A stretch of DNA of 63,865 nt, the filler included, from Pelomyxa schiedti (taxonomy: Eukaryota; Protista; Evosea), in the NCBI GenBank assembly GCA_020536535.1. It is 9 parts of 9 records of this genome, joined end to end, with 100 filler letters (N's around TTAATTAATTAA, not from the genome) between each part and the next. Parts side by side here need not be neighbours in the genome. Positions count along the whole stretch, not along the records: positions 1 to 20,537 come from JAHLWZ010000304.1; 8 more parts are not named here. The stretch is one strand, 5' to 3'. The position numbers and the translations under genes were made by a program. Positions within the stretch are counted from its first letter, which is position 1, and each line of letters opens with the position of its first letter. Of the stretch, positions 1-11,337 are shown one piece after another. The notes below the pieces were generated by a model, which was not told the DNA's origin, did not search any database, and saw nothing but the letters and a program-made list of their open reading frames with translations.

Positions 1-918
1 CGGGGAAGACCAGTCTGATCAGAAGAGCCAAGGGAGAGAAACGAATAAAGATGCACAAGTCACCGCCGGTCGATGCCATCATAACGCTTGTGCAGAAGGC
101 CCTGAAGCAGATACAAACACCGGAGAACACTTTGGGAACAGTGGCCAAGCCTCTGCCCATGTTGCCTGCCCGCAAGCTGTTCCCATCAAAGGAGAACCGC
201 ATTGTAGCTAGAGCACTGGCACAGAAGTCGAGGGAGAAAGCTGTAGGTATGTCGTTGGCTCTTTGGTTTTCATTTCTCACAAAGCAATTCGCAAATGTGT
301 AGGCCTATCTGCGAAGAAATTGAGGAAATGTGGGGTGTTTGATGTGCCTCCTGAATGTAGAGTGTCTGCCTCCCTCTCTACTCTTTAGAAATATAGATTC
401 CTTCAACATGAACTCCCACTAAAAATATTGGATAGTTACTCAATGTACATACCGTTGCACGAACTGTGGTGCCAATACATCAAAGATCTTATTGGGATAC
501 TTCCCGATAAACCCAACCCAAACTCACCTCTATTACTGCAACACGTAGTGAAAGCTGATTACCATGGCGCTCTCATGAAAGGTTCTCTGCCCTTTTTTGC
601 CAGTACAAATTTGACCTCTCCATATAGTTATTAAATCTACCTCTCCTTGCAATGTCGGGATAGAGGGAATATGTATACAGGAAACCACAAATACATTTCG
701 TCTTGTCACAGCACTCAACACACTGAAAGGTTTGATTTATAGGGTTTTCCCCCCCAGCTTAGAATTCAACAGTTGTCCCAAAGCAAGGAAACCACTTCAC
801 ATTGAGACTTCCTGGTCACTTTACAGTGACGCTGTTTGGGTCACAACTCTGTGTGCGTAGTTCAGAAAGATCCTCCAAGAAGTGGAAGGCTAAAAGCGCA
901 TCAGATTTTTTCTTGTAG
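1..918 (+). CDS. POP4: RNase P/MRP subunit POP4/Rpp29 (5'-partial, about 4 introns)
   Basis: Spliced translation gives YIPLHELWCQYI...KADYHGALMK/VIKSTSPCNVGIEGICIQETTNTFRLVT...VVPKQGNHF...LFGSQLCVRSSERSSKKWK, the Rpp29 signature. Stop TAG at 916-918. Confidence 0.9.
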
Positions 919-1122
919 TGGAATGAAAAGGGATTGATTGAGTTTTCTTTCCGTTCTGCCAGACCACCAAAAAGTTGCTGGCTCTTCCAAAACCAACTTG
1001 TGCATCAGGCAAGGACCCTTTTATAGGAAAAAAAAGACACCCAAAACTAAAATTATAAATAACAAGGCAACAAACAAGTTACTGCACACAACCGCAGCAA
1101 CAAGCAACAACACAACAACCAA

Positions 1123-2811
1123 ATGAAGTGCCAACTCCTGGTTTCGCTGGCCCTTCTCGTTGTGGCCGTTTCCTGCGCAGACATGCCCGACTGCACATAC
1201 GACGACTACATGTCCTGGAACATCGTCGAAAACAACCGATACATGACTGTTTACCCGCACGACAGCCTCGTCACCGTCACGGTCGGGGAGTACGGGCTGG
1301 ACTCGCTCCAGTTCACCGAGGCCTTCGAGAACGACATGTGCAACTACTGGTCTTCCAACCACAACGGGTGGACTCTGACAACCAGCGGAACAAACGGATG
1401 CGTCAGGACAGTCACCAAGGACTTCGACGCTGACGAGTACAGCGTACACTGTGCTAACGCGTCCGACACCATGAGTGGGTACCAGATCAACACCGTCGTG
1501 CAGGAGGACACTGAACCCCTGTACACCGGGACCAGCCTCGATGGGACAATCGAAACAGTCGTGGTCAATGGCGTCTTCAATGATGTGTGTTTTGTGTCTC
1601 TTTCCTCTCTCCCCAGTATATTCAACTGTGATTGTTAACGCTGTTGTTGAACACAGGTGATGCTGCTTCCCACCAGTGCCAGCTACGAAATTACCATTTA
1701 TGTTTATGACCCAGGGCACTACTCGGCATTGGTCAGTGGCTATGCCGGCGTGATGTACGGCGCGGATTACTGCGACATCAAGGCCCAGACCTATGCTCCC
1801 TATTACGTCTACAGCATCAATTCAGTGCCGTTGTCTTTCCCCACGACCTACGTTAACGACGCTGTTGTTCTCACGAGGGATGTCGACCCCGTGCTCCACG
1901 AAATTTCCACCGTGCTTGCCACTGTGACGATGTATCCCAAAGCCGACTGCCAGGTTTATGGCGATTTCACGATTCGGTTCTATGTCGATTGCGTTGATGA
2001 CGATCCCACTTGCGACGCAGGTACTCTTGCAGACTTCCCCTACTTCGACGCAGTCATCACCATTGGTATTCCCGACTGCAAGACAACAACACACGAGGCT
2101 GACGCATGGCTCACAATGAGACCATACAACAAGGATGACCAAGTCGATGCAACCTTCGAATCAGGATCAAGTATGTGCACATGTTTAAAATCTATTTTGG
2201 GCACGCAATTAACAACCATGAAAAGCAATCAAGATCGAGGAGAACATCACCACAACCGGTGGGACTCCTGGTGAAGACTGCGACTGCGTCACCGACATGT
2301 ACATCTATGACTGGTCTGGAAACCTGTTGGGTTCATACCCTGACATGGAGAGCCGCGACATTTTCGACACGAAATCACTCATTGTGACCCCTCTGGAGAA
2401 CAAGTTCAGGTAAACTTCCTTCTTCCTCCTTTTTTTCCGTTTTTTTTTCTCACAGAACGGAACAGTGCGTACCTTGATCCCAGCATCTTCCCAGACCCCA
2501 ACGGGGAAGTTGTCCAGCTCGAGGCCACATGCACAATCAACTGGGGATTCAAGAAGGAGACCGTTTCCTTTGGGCGGAAGTTCAAGATTCTTCGTGATGG
2601 TCAACCTGGTTCAGCTGAGGGCACCGCCGCACTTACTGTTGGAGTTGATACCAGCAACCCTTCTTCTAATGATGACGACGACGACAACACAACCTGGATC
2701 ATCCTGGGAGTTATTGGTGGTGTTGCTGTGGCAGGACTGGCTGGTGGAGTCATTGCCTACGTTGTTTTCAAGAAACGCAAGCCCAACCCTGAAACAGAAC
2801 CGCTCTACTAA
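1123..2811 (+). CDS. Type I membrane surface protein (signal peptide, Cys-containing beta-rich ectodomain, TM, short tail); 3 introns
   Basis: Signal peptide MKCQLLVSLALLVVAVSC. Exons join in frame through GT-AG introns. C-terminus TWIILGVIGGVAVAGLAGGVIAYVVF-KKRKPNPETEPLY*. Near-identical paralogue at 11338-12975. Confidence 0.85.
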
Positions 2812-3757
2812 CACACTCTTAAGATAAATAAAAAAAACTTGTTTTTCGCTATGAGCCTTTTTTCTTCGGTGTGTAATCAACTGACTCTCTGCAAGACCTG
2901 AACTCCGCACCCACATTAACAGTGGTGTAAATTCCCAACTTTTTTTATGTTTTCCCTGATGGGACGTTTTGGGAGGGTTCGGGAGCGTTATGGGAGAAAG
3001 ATCCCGTTACCAAAACATGAAGAAGTGGCTGGAGCACTGAGCTGGGTGTCGTGACGTGGCGCATTGTGACCGCAGACATGTCGAGTATGTTGGCACCAAA
3101 ACCGGATAAGGAAGGAGGCTCCTTCTAGGAATATCCAAAGGATTGATAGAATAGCCTCATCACTCCCAAATAGAGCACTCACAACAAAATTATTGGAACC
3201 CAACAAGTGTGACTGAAGTGTGTGACAGGAGAGCAGACCCCATGTTTAGAATTGAACACTGTTGGAGTGGAGCCACCAGGCTTTGATGTGACCACTGTGT
3301 TTGCACCAGTTTCAACACCAACACAGTGTATTATATAATTATAATAAAATTGAATTAATTAATAATACTTCAACAGCTTGCACTAGTTCTCCACTGCCAC
3401 AGAGGAAGCCCCTCCCCCCCCAAGAGGGCACAGAGTTATGTTGCAGCTAAAGCAGCTGACAAACAGAAAGCCACCACACCGCCCCAACAGGATTTTGCTA
3501 CACATACACCACCAGTTTGGTGAACACTTGAAGTTAAAAAACTTTAACTGGGAACACAAAATACAACAATTGCACTTTCTTTGTAGGGCACATCTCCCAG
3601 GCATGGTGATGAGGCTAGGTCAGGAGCGTGTCTTGGAGCCCACAAGTAGCAACAACCAAATCGACAGAAACGTGATTATGGTGCTGGTACTTCAGTCCTC
3701 TCCTCTCTTCTCTCGCTCCTTCATGAAGGAGTGGCTGGGACACAGTCACCCTCAGCC

Positions 3758-3912
3758 TGTTATCTAGCTTAAAAACGTGTGATAGTGGACTTAAGGGGGT
3801 TCTATTTTCTTCATAAACTACTTTATTCTAAGGGCCCTAAGGCTTGGGTGATGGTGACGTCATATCTATTGTGGTCAGGGTCCCCCCTTTAGCTCCCTTA
3901 AGAGATATCACA
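3758..3912 (-). repeat. 3' LTR (155 bp, TG...CA) of a Ty3/gypsy element, preceded by a polypurine tract
   Basis: The reverse complement TGTGATATCTCTTAAGGGAGC...AAGCTAGATAACA matches 18499-18675. PPT TGAGGGGGGAGTG lies immediately upstream (3913-3925). Confidence 0.9.
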
Positions 3913-4417
3913 CACTCCCCCCTCATCTTACATGCTTTGTGGTATGCCCCCTTTCACCCCCCTCGTCACTCACAGGCCCAGAGGTAGTGGGATGGAGATC
4001 CCCTTCCTTCAGGGTCTTCCCCGCACCGCGCGGTCCCGTCAGTGCTGAGCCTTGAACTCCTTGATGAGTGACAAACATCTGGCGCAGTTGTCCTCGTACT
4101 GCCATGTGTTCTGTGCCTCACTCTTCCCCTTCCACTTGACTAAGTATTGTCTCCCATCCTCCTTCCACCTCTCTCCCCTCACTGCCTCTATCTTGAGTGG
4201 TTCAGGTGTGGTCTCCTCTTCTGTCTTGTCAGCATCGCCTTCTGCTGTTGCCTTGTGGCTGGTGGGTTTATCCCTTTCCTTGCCTGTTTTGTCTGGGTGT
4301 GACTCACCTCCTTCCAGGTCCTCGAGCCTTGCAGCCCCTTCCACTGGGATGGCCACAATGCGGTAAGGCCCCTTCCACTTGGCCCCTAGTTTCCCCAGCT
4401 CCCTATCCTTGTGTCCG
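3758..4417 (-). mobile_element. 3' end of a chromodomain-bearing Ty3/gypsy LTR retrotransposon (integrase GPY/F tail and chromodomain), truncated by a scaffold gap
   Basis: KLGAKWKGPYRIV (GPY/F motif) followed by KIEAVRGERWKEDGRQYLVKWKGKSEAQNTWQYEDNC (chromodomain), stop at 4039, then PPT and LTR. Confidence 0.9.
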
Positions 4418-4881
4418 NNNNNNNNNNNNNNNNNNNNNNNNNNNNNNNNNNNNNNNNNNNNNNNNNNNNNNNNNNNNNNNNNNNNNNNNNNNNNNNNNNN
4501 NNNNNNNNNNNNNNNNNTTGAGTTTTTGTTTGCTCTTGTTTGGTCCTCTTCCCAAACAGGAAAAAGGGAGTACAGTTCCGTTGGGTTCCAGTACTGGAAC
4601 ACTGCATTCTGGCTGTGGTGACAAATCAATAGTATAGCGACTCGGTCCGCTTAGCTCTTTTGAAAGAGGGGCAGGAGACTCCGATCTGGCAGATGGGTGT
4701 GTTTTCTGAAACCTCACTGATTTGCACTTCTTGTTTTGTACCTACGGGTGCAAAAGTTTCCTGATCTTCTGAGAACAACTCGAGATTCTGGTTTGCACGT
4801 TGACAGGGTGCCAATCACTTCTCCACGCAATCTCGGTCTCAGTCAAAAAAAAAAAAAACCGACTTCTATCATACGCCACGA

Positions 4882-7800
4882 ATGCCAAGCACTCACTGTG
4901 GGCTCCTCCTAGTTTTGGCCTTACTCTCATTGTCCAGCTTATGTCTCACTGGTTTTCTTCCCTGCACTTCTTCTTCTTCCGCAGTGCTTTGACCTCACAA
5001 CAACAGGAGTGCATGCTGCTACTTGTACCGTCACAACAATCACAACACTGCCATACACATTTCACGGCACCTGTAACGGTCCAAATCAACAGTTTAATTC
5101 AATTGGCACAGGCCCATGTAAGTGCAATCTCGGGAAATTGTTCTATTGCCATTGACTTCATCGCTCAGACCAGATATTCAAGTACACGGCTACGAAGGCG
5201 GCGTATATAATCGCCCACACTTGTTCCAGTGCAGTGGGTTCCCAGATTGCAGTTCAAGATGGTTGCCCATCAGGCACCAAAGTCTCAGAGTGGGGGCCGA
5301 TATGTGGCTCACAATGGACCGAAGCGTGGACTGCAACGGTGGGGCAGACATACTACATTGCAGTATACGTGGACCCAACCTACTACCCAGACCCCTTCAA
5401 CTTCACCGTCACAGGTTCACCTAACGTTCTCATCATTCGCTGATCGATCTAACTGGTAACTTGGCGAAAAGACAACCCTCTGCACTGTGAAGCCGCTGTC
5501 GCTATCACATCCAACGAGTTCAGCTATCACGGAGATTCTTCTACAACTCCTACAGTATTTCCACCTTGTTCTGGGCCCTATGGCCAAGGTGTCAAGCTTT
5601 TTCCAGTACATTCTCTCTTCTAAACACTTGCTTAGGCCTTCTATTTTCGTGGACCCCAAAGGCGTCTGACATCGACTCTGTAGCGACATTTTCCGCCTGT
5701 GATTCCTCCTTCAACTCAAATATCTATGGTTGGACCACTACCAGTGCTACTTGTAGTGAGAGCTCTCCCACGTGCCTATATTCTACAATCACTTGTTACG
5801 GTGGTACGGGGATGATGGATGACAGCAATTGGGGCACTGCTGTTCAGTTTCAGGTCACAAGTGAAACCACTCATTACTGGTTCTTGGTTGTTGGCAAGAG
5901 TACTACAGCGGTTAAAGTGGGGAAAGTAAACGTGACATTCACAGGTTCGTAGGGTTGGGGTTGTTTGTACTTTCTAACATTATTTCTTCCTAGCTGCACC
6001 AATGTATTGCGACACAATCAATATCACCTCTCTTCCATTCACATATGAAGTAAACACAACAAAGTTTGGCTACACAAATTCAATGGCAAAGGCATATGCT
6101 GTGAGAGGTTGTCCCACCGTTTTCTTTTCTTTCTGCTTTCCTGTTCTTACCAACCCAAGGTGCAACATTTCTATGGCATAATACTTTTACAGCAACCTCA
6201 CTAAATATTTTCGCCGACACTTGTTCATCATCCACAAATATTGACACCTCTCTTTTTTTTTACGAGCCCTCCTCATCACTCACATGCTCCACAACATTAT
6301 CGTCAACAACAAGTTCAGATGCCAAATATAATGGTGACTGGAGTAGCAGACCTTGCTCCTCATTTATGGTAACCGCTAAAGCGGGCAAAGATTATGTATT
6401 TGTTGCCTCTGGCGAACATTTTTACAATCCCACTTTTACATTCAGGCTTAGTGGTAAATTACCCCCTTCTTCATTGAACTACATTAACACCATTAAAGCC
6501 CGCGACCTTGTATGTGAAGTACCCAAACAGATGCAGATATTGGAAGGGGGTTCCAAAAACATATCACTTGGCATGATTTCTGGATCAGATAGTAATGCTG
6601 TGATGAACGTCGGTTGCTTTGGGTTAAGTTCTCCAGCTGGATGTATAACCCCAATTCTGCATTACATCTTTTTAAATTTGTTTTTAGTGGACCTCGTGAA
6701 GTTCCATCTAAGCAAACCGACTCTTCTGATGGTCACAACTAGCCTTAATGGTTGGCATCCTGGCAACTTCTATGTGGGATTAGTGACGCTATGTGATTCG
6801 AATGGATTTGCCACTGGCTGCTATTACTCAGCAAGTACTTCTATTTCGACTTCACTTGATGCAGGAGATTACTTTATGGTTCCTATCAATATGGACACGA
6901 GTTCCTTTAACTATTCTGTCACAGTAACTGGTTTGTACTTTGCTTCGAATTATACCCAACTTAGAGCTCTCCCCAACTACCACAGCCATTCAGATGAACT
7001 GCTCTGCAGCTAAAAAAATATCATCTTTACCATTTAACCATCTGGGCACCACTGTTGGAGCTCCATACTCCACTGTGAATTGTGACTGGAATCTTCAAAA
7101 TACTTTCTCCAGAGGTTCACCTGTCTCAATATGAATAAGTTGTCGTTTGATCTAATAGCTTTTTCCCACATCAAGGTGTATTGTACTCTTTCACCCCATC
7201 TGGTACTAGTGTATTTCGAGCAGACCTCTGTGGTGGTAAGGACTTCTCCGCCTACATCAAAGTTTTCACGGGATGCCATGATAACGGCGCGATGGACAAG
7301 TGCATCACGGGACTTTCTGCAGGATTTTGCAGCGATTATAACTTTCCTTCCTCCACCTGGCAGGGTAAGTCAGGTGTCACATATTACATCTGGGTTGGAA
7401 GTTCAAAATCACAAGCTGGAAACTACAACCTGACTGTTTCGCGTGTGTCTTCTACATTGAGGAGAAGATTTCTCATTTGTATTTATAGTATATTCCCCAG
7501 TGAATTGCTCTGCGGCAGTATCTCTCACTGCCCCAGCTACAGTGTCGGTTTCTCTTCCTTCCATAAGTTATATGGTCCCCTGTCAGGATGGTATTCCAAG
7601 CACTGGTGAGATTAATTCGTTAATTTCTGTAAAGCCTGACTCACTTATACAAAGGGGTTTTATACTCCATCACACCAAGTGCAGATACAATCTATATCGT
7701 CAATCAGACACGGTTCACGATTTGGCAGGGCTGTTCCAACGGTTACGTTGGGTATTGCGTGCCTGGGACAACGGTTTCCAATGGCTTCTTGGCGTTGCCT

Positions 7801-10800
7801 TTACGTGGCGGAATCACATCATACCTTATGCTTTCAGGCTACTTTACGGAAACCTTCACATTTAGCATCAACAGTAACTATGATACTCACATTCATTCAC
7901 TGCATTCACTTATTCGTAGCCATCTCCCAATCTCAGTGCAGTGGAGGACGAACAATCAGTAGCCTTCCATTCACTGAAAATTGGAATATCACAAGTGCCC
8001 CTTGGTATTTCTTGCATTTCACACCCACCGGCGAAGCAATTAAAGGTTTGTGCCAAAAATACTCTTTTTACTCCTGACTCAAGCACTGTTACCTGTATAG
8101 GGAGGTTATTCAACTACACTTCTTCCTACTCTGCCACCATAACTGCTTCAACATGTGGCAGTTCTGATAGTTCTAGCTCCCTGAAATCCAAGGTCACTGT
8201 CTTCAAAAATTGTGGATCTTCAGCAATTCTTGTTGGTGAGGCGTCTCAGAACTGTGATAATCATGCATTTGTTCGCTGGACTGCCTCTTCTGGGACCAAA
8301 TACTTCATTCTTGTATCCACTACAAATGACATAGACGGAACATTCCAGCTGCGCGTCTACGACTCTTCAATTGGTGTGCACTCCTTTTCACATTATTTTC
8401 CTTTTTGCTCGTCCTGTAATCGTCTCCCCTAGTTGGTTACAGCCTCAATGGGGGAGATGATACCTTGAATATAATTGAGGGTTTCCCCCTGGAACCTGTC
8501 TGGAAACCCCTCTGCAGCACTTCATACCCAATCTATGACGTGCAAATCTCAGGCTCACAATTCCCTGGAGATGTGGCACACGGATCGAAGTGGTCAAATG
8601 TGCTATACAAAGTTGCAGAAAAGACAGGTGAAGTGAGCACAGTTGGCCTAACTGACTGTTCGTTCAAGATCATTGGTAACCTCGACATCTTCGGTGTGGA
8701 AGTTCTTGGTGTAGCATGGTCAGCGCAGCGACAGCTGATGTACCTTATGGCAAAAAGTTCCATTTCCACCACAACCAACATTTACACTCTGGATTTGGAC
8801 ACAGGCCGTGCTTCATTTGTGATGTCACTTGGCACATTAAATTTACACGCTCTTGCTTATGATGAAGACTTTGACTCTCTGTACGCATTTACTGGCTCCT
8901 ATGCCTTGGAGAAGATTGACGTTGGGCTGGCAACATTACAGACTGTCTGCACTAGTAGCCAAGCCCTGGCCATTGACTTTGACCCTTGCACTGGAACCCT
9001 TTATGGGTCTGGCTCTGGCCTTTCCATCATAGATAAGCATACATGTGCTGTGACTTCAATGTACTCAGCCATGAAGACCTTCGTACCAATTGCTGTTTTG
9101 GACTACCCGTGTGCTCCGCATATTCACTGCAGTGACGCAATTAACTGGGACCTATCGAGCGTGCAAGCGTACACGACTTACTATGGCTACACAAACATAA
9201 GCTGCTTTGGCATCAGCAAGAAAGGTGTGCTCTTTGGGGATTCCCCACGGTTCTGGTTACTGATTGTAATCTCCACTCCTTAGGAGCGATTTTTAAGTAC
9301 AATGCCACTAAGGGCAACGGTAAGCTCACGGTTACCACGTGCAACCCGAACACCACGTTTGACACTGCGATCTATGCGTTCACAGACTGCAACCACAATA
9401 CTTCAGCCAAGTGCCTTGGAAACAACGACAATGCACCGTGCCTGTATGGGGCAACTGCTTCCACATACGTTATGACCGTCGAGTACAACAAGATGTATTA
9501 CTTCTTTGTTGCAGGCTCTGGCACGAAGACAGGAAGGTTGGAATTCACTGGACACCGTATCCTTCTCTTCATTTCCTGAAGTACTGCTCAAAAATCCATT
9601 TTTTTATGCAGTGCAAACCATTGACTGCAGCACGGCTCAGACCGTTTTGTCTGGATCATCAACAAAACTGTCAACCGTCGGAAAAGAACTTTCCTCAATT
9701 TCATGCTTCCCGAACGCCACAGACAAGCAAGGTTTATTCCCATTAATGCACAAATATGCTGTTGACCTGCAACATAGGAGTCTTGTTTGTATTTGTCGGC
9801 ACTGAGTCTGCATCAATCGAGGCAAGCACATGCTCGTTCGCGGACTTTGACACAGAGATTTACCTGTTCACTGGTTGTGACCACGGTGCCATTGGATCAT
9901 GTCTTGCCTCCAACCAAGACAGCGGTTACTGCTACGATAAGTCCACCGTCGTGTGGGATTCTGTGCCTGGAACAAGTTACTTCATCTTTGTCACTGGCCG
10001 AGGAACGGAGACAGGATCGTTCACCCTCACCGTGGAGTCGACCCGCTCGTATTCTGCTTCCTCTCACTCGTATTCCTCCTCGATATCCTCTTCCTCGGAA
10101 TCGAGCTCCGAGTCTTCATCACAATCGAGCTCCGTGTCGCTCTCCTCTTCCGTTTCCAGTTCCGCTTCCAGTTCCGAGTCCATCTCCAGTTCCCACTCTG
10201 ATTCCAGCTCCGCGTCTTCCTCCGGTTCCTCCTCGCGCTCATCGTCGACTTCAGAGTCTTCGTCCGAGTCGACTCAATTGGAATCCCTCTCGTCATATCC
10301 GGTGTCTTCGGCGTCACACTCCCTGTCCAGTTCCCATTCTCATTCCACATCAACCCCGGATTCAGGCTCTGAATCAAGAACTTCAACATCACCACAACAC
10401 TCGACATCCACTTCCACCTCCACCACTCTCCAATCAAATTCCGACTCACAATCCCGGTCTCAATCCCAATCCCAATCCCAGTCCCAGTCCCAATCCCGAT
10501 CTCATTCCACATCTACACCCACCTCCATATCCACCCCTGAGTCCCCCTCCCTATCACCCCCAGTGTCATCATCCCTGCCAGAATCGCTGAGCTCCTCACA
10601 TTCCTCCTCACTCTATTTATCCACCCATTCTCAGATGTTGTCATCCGGCTCATCCTTGGCGTCCTCCTCCTTGTTGTCATCCGCATCATCATCTGATCAG
10701 CAGTCCGAGATTCCCGAGTCAGTGTCGATATCGTCGTCATCGGACGGTCACAGCACACCAGCGTGGGCAGCGGTCGTGATTGCGTTTGGTGCTCTTGGTT

Positions 10801-10907
10801 GTGCAGCTTCTGGTATTGGCGCCACATACGTGATTTACCGCTGGTGGCAAGCCAAACAAATGACGCAGACATTCTCTGACGATGTGGAACTCAATGAGTA
10901 TTTGTAG
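4882..10907 (+). CDS. Large multi-exon type I surface protein: about 9 PPC-like beta-sandwich repeats, a beta-propeller-like segment, a Ser/Thr-rich mucin stalk, TM and tail
   Basis: Signal peptide MPSTHCGLLLVLALLSLSSLC. Repeated units of the form C..A..I.SLPF...G.....STC....DT.I..F.GC......C...N.D..C...S...W....G..Y(Y/F)I.V.G....G.F.LTV. Propeller-like blades at 8465-9110, Ser-rich region at 10045-10750, TM AWAAVVIAFGALGCAASGIGATYVIY. Confidence 0.8.
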
Positions 10908-11337
10908 ACGTGGGCCACTCAGTAGTGGCAGTAAGAGTAAAAAAAATCTATCTTATTTGTAGAACAATCACAACTTCTACTTCTGGGCAAATTCCAACCG
11001 AACGAAACAGAGGGGTTCTACAGCCTGTTAAAGGGTACAGATCCACACAGTGGAACATGAGGGAGAATGCCCTCAACTTTTGCGTGTGTTGCAAAAATCC
11101 AGGATGGAGGTAATGAGAGAGCCAGAAGGAGAGCCTGAAAACAGTTATCAAGGGAACCTCCGGATATTTCGCCACTTTGCTGGCGTTTCCAAAAAAAGTT
11201 CTGGCTGGAAAACAGAGTTGCTCATGTCGCTGAGAAAAACTTGGTCAAGTTGGGAAACAGCCCGTTTTATTTGCAGAATTTTTTTAACTAATAAAAATAA
11301 AAATATAACAACAAGCAAAGCAGCAAACAGCAACCAA

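Noticed and set aside
2950-3757. Possible minus-strand surface-protein remnant next to the LTR
   Set aside because: Multiple stops and no recognisable motif, so it cannot be supported.
4585-4600. Perfect 16-bp palindrome GTTCCAGTACTGGAAC
   Set aside because: Single occurrence with no context linking it to a function.
9787-10872. Long alternative-frame and antisense ORFs over the Ser-rich stalk (and similar ones at 24212, 27262, 35535 and 50293)
   Set aside because: Shadow ORFs of low-complexity or GC-rich coding sequence, or intron read-through of real exons.
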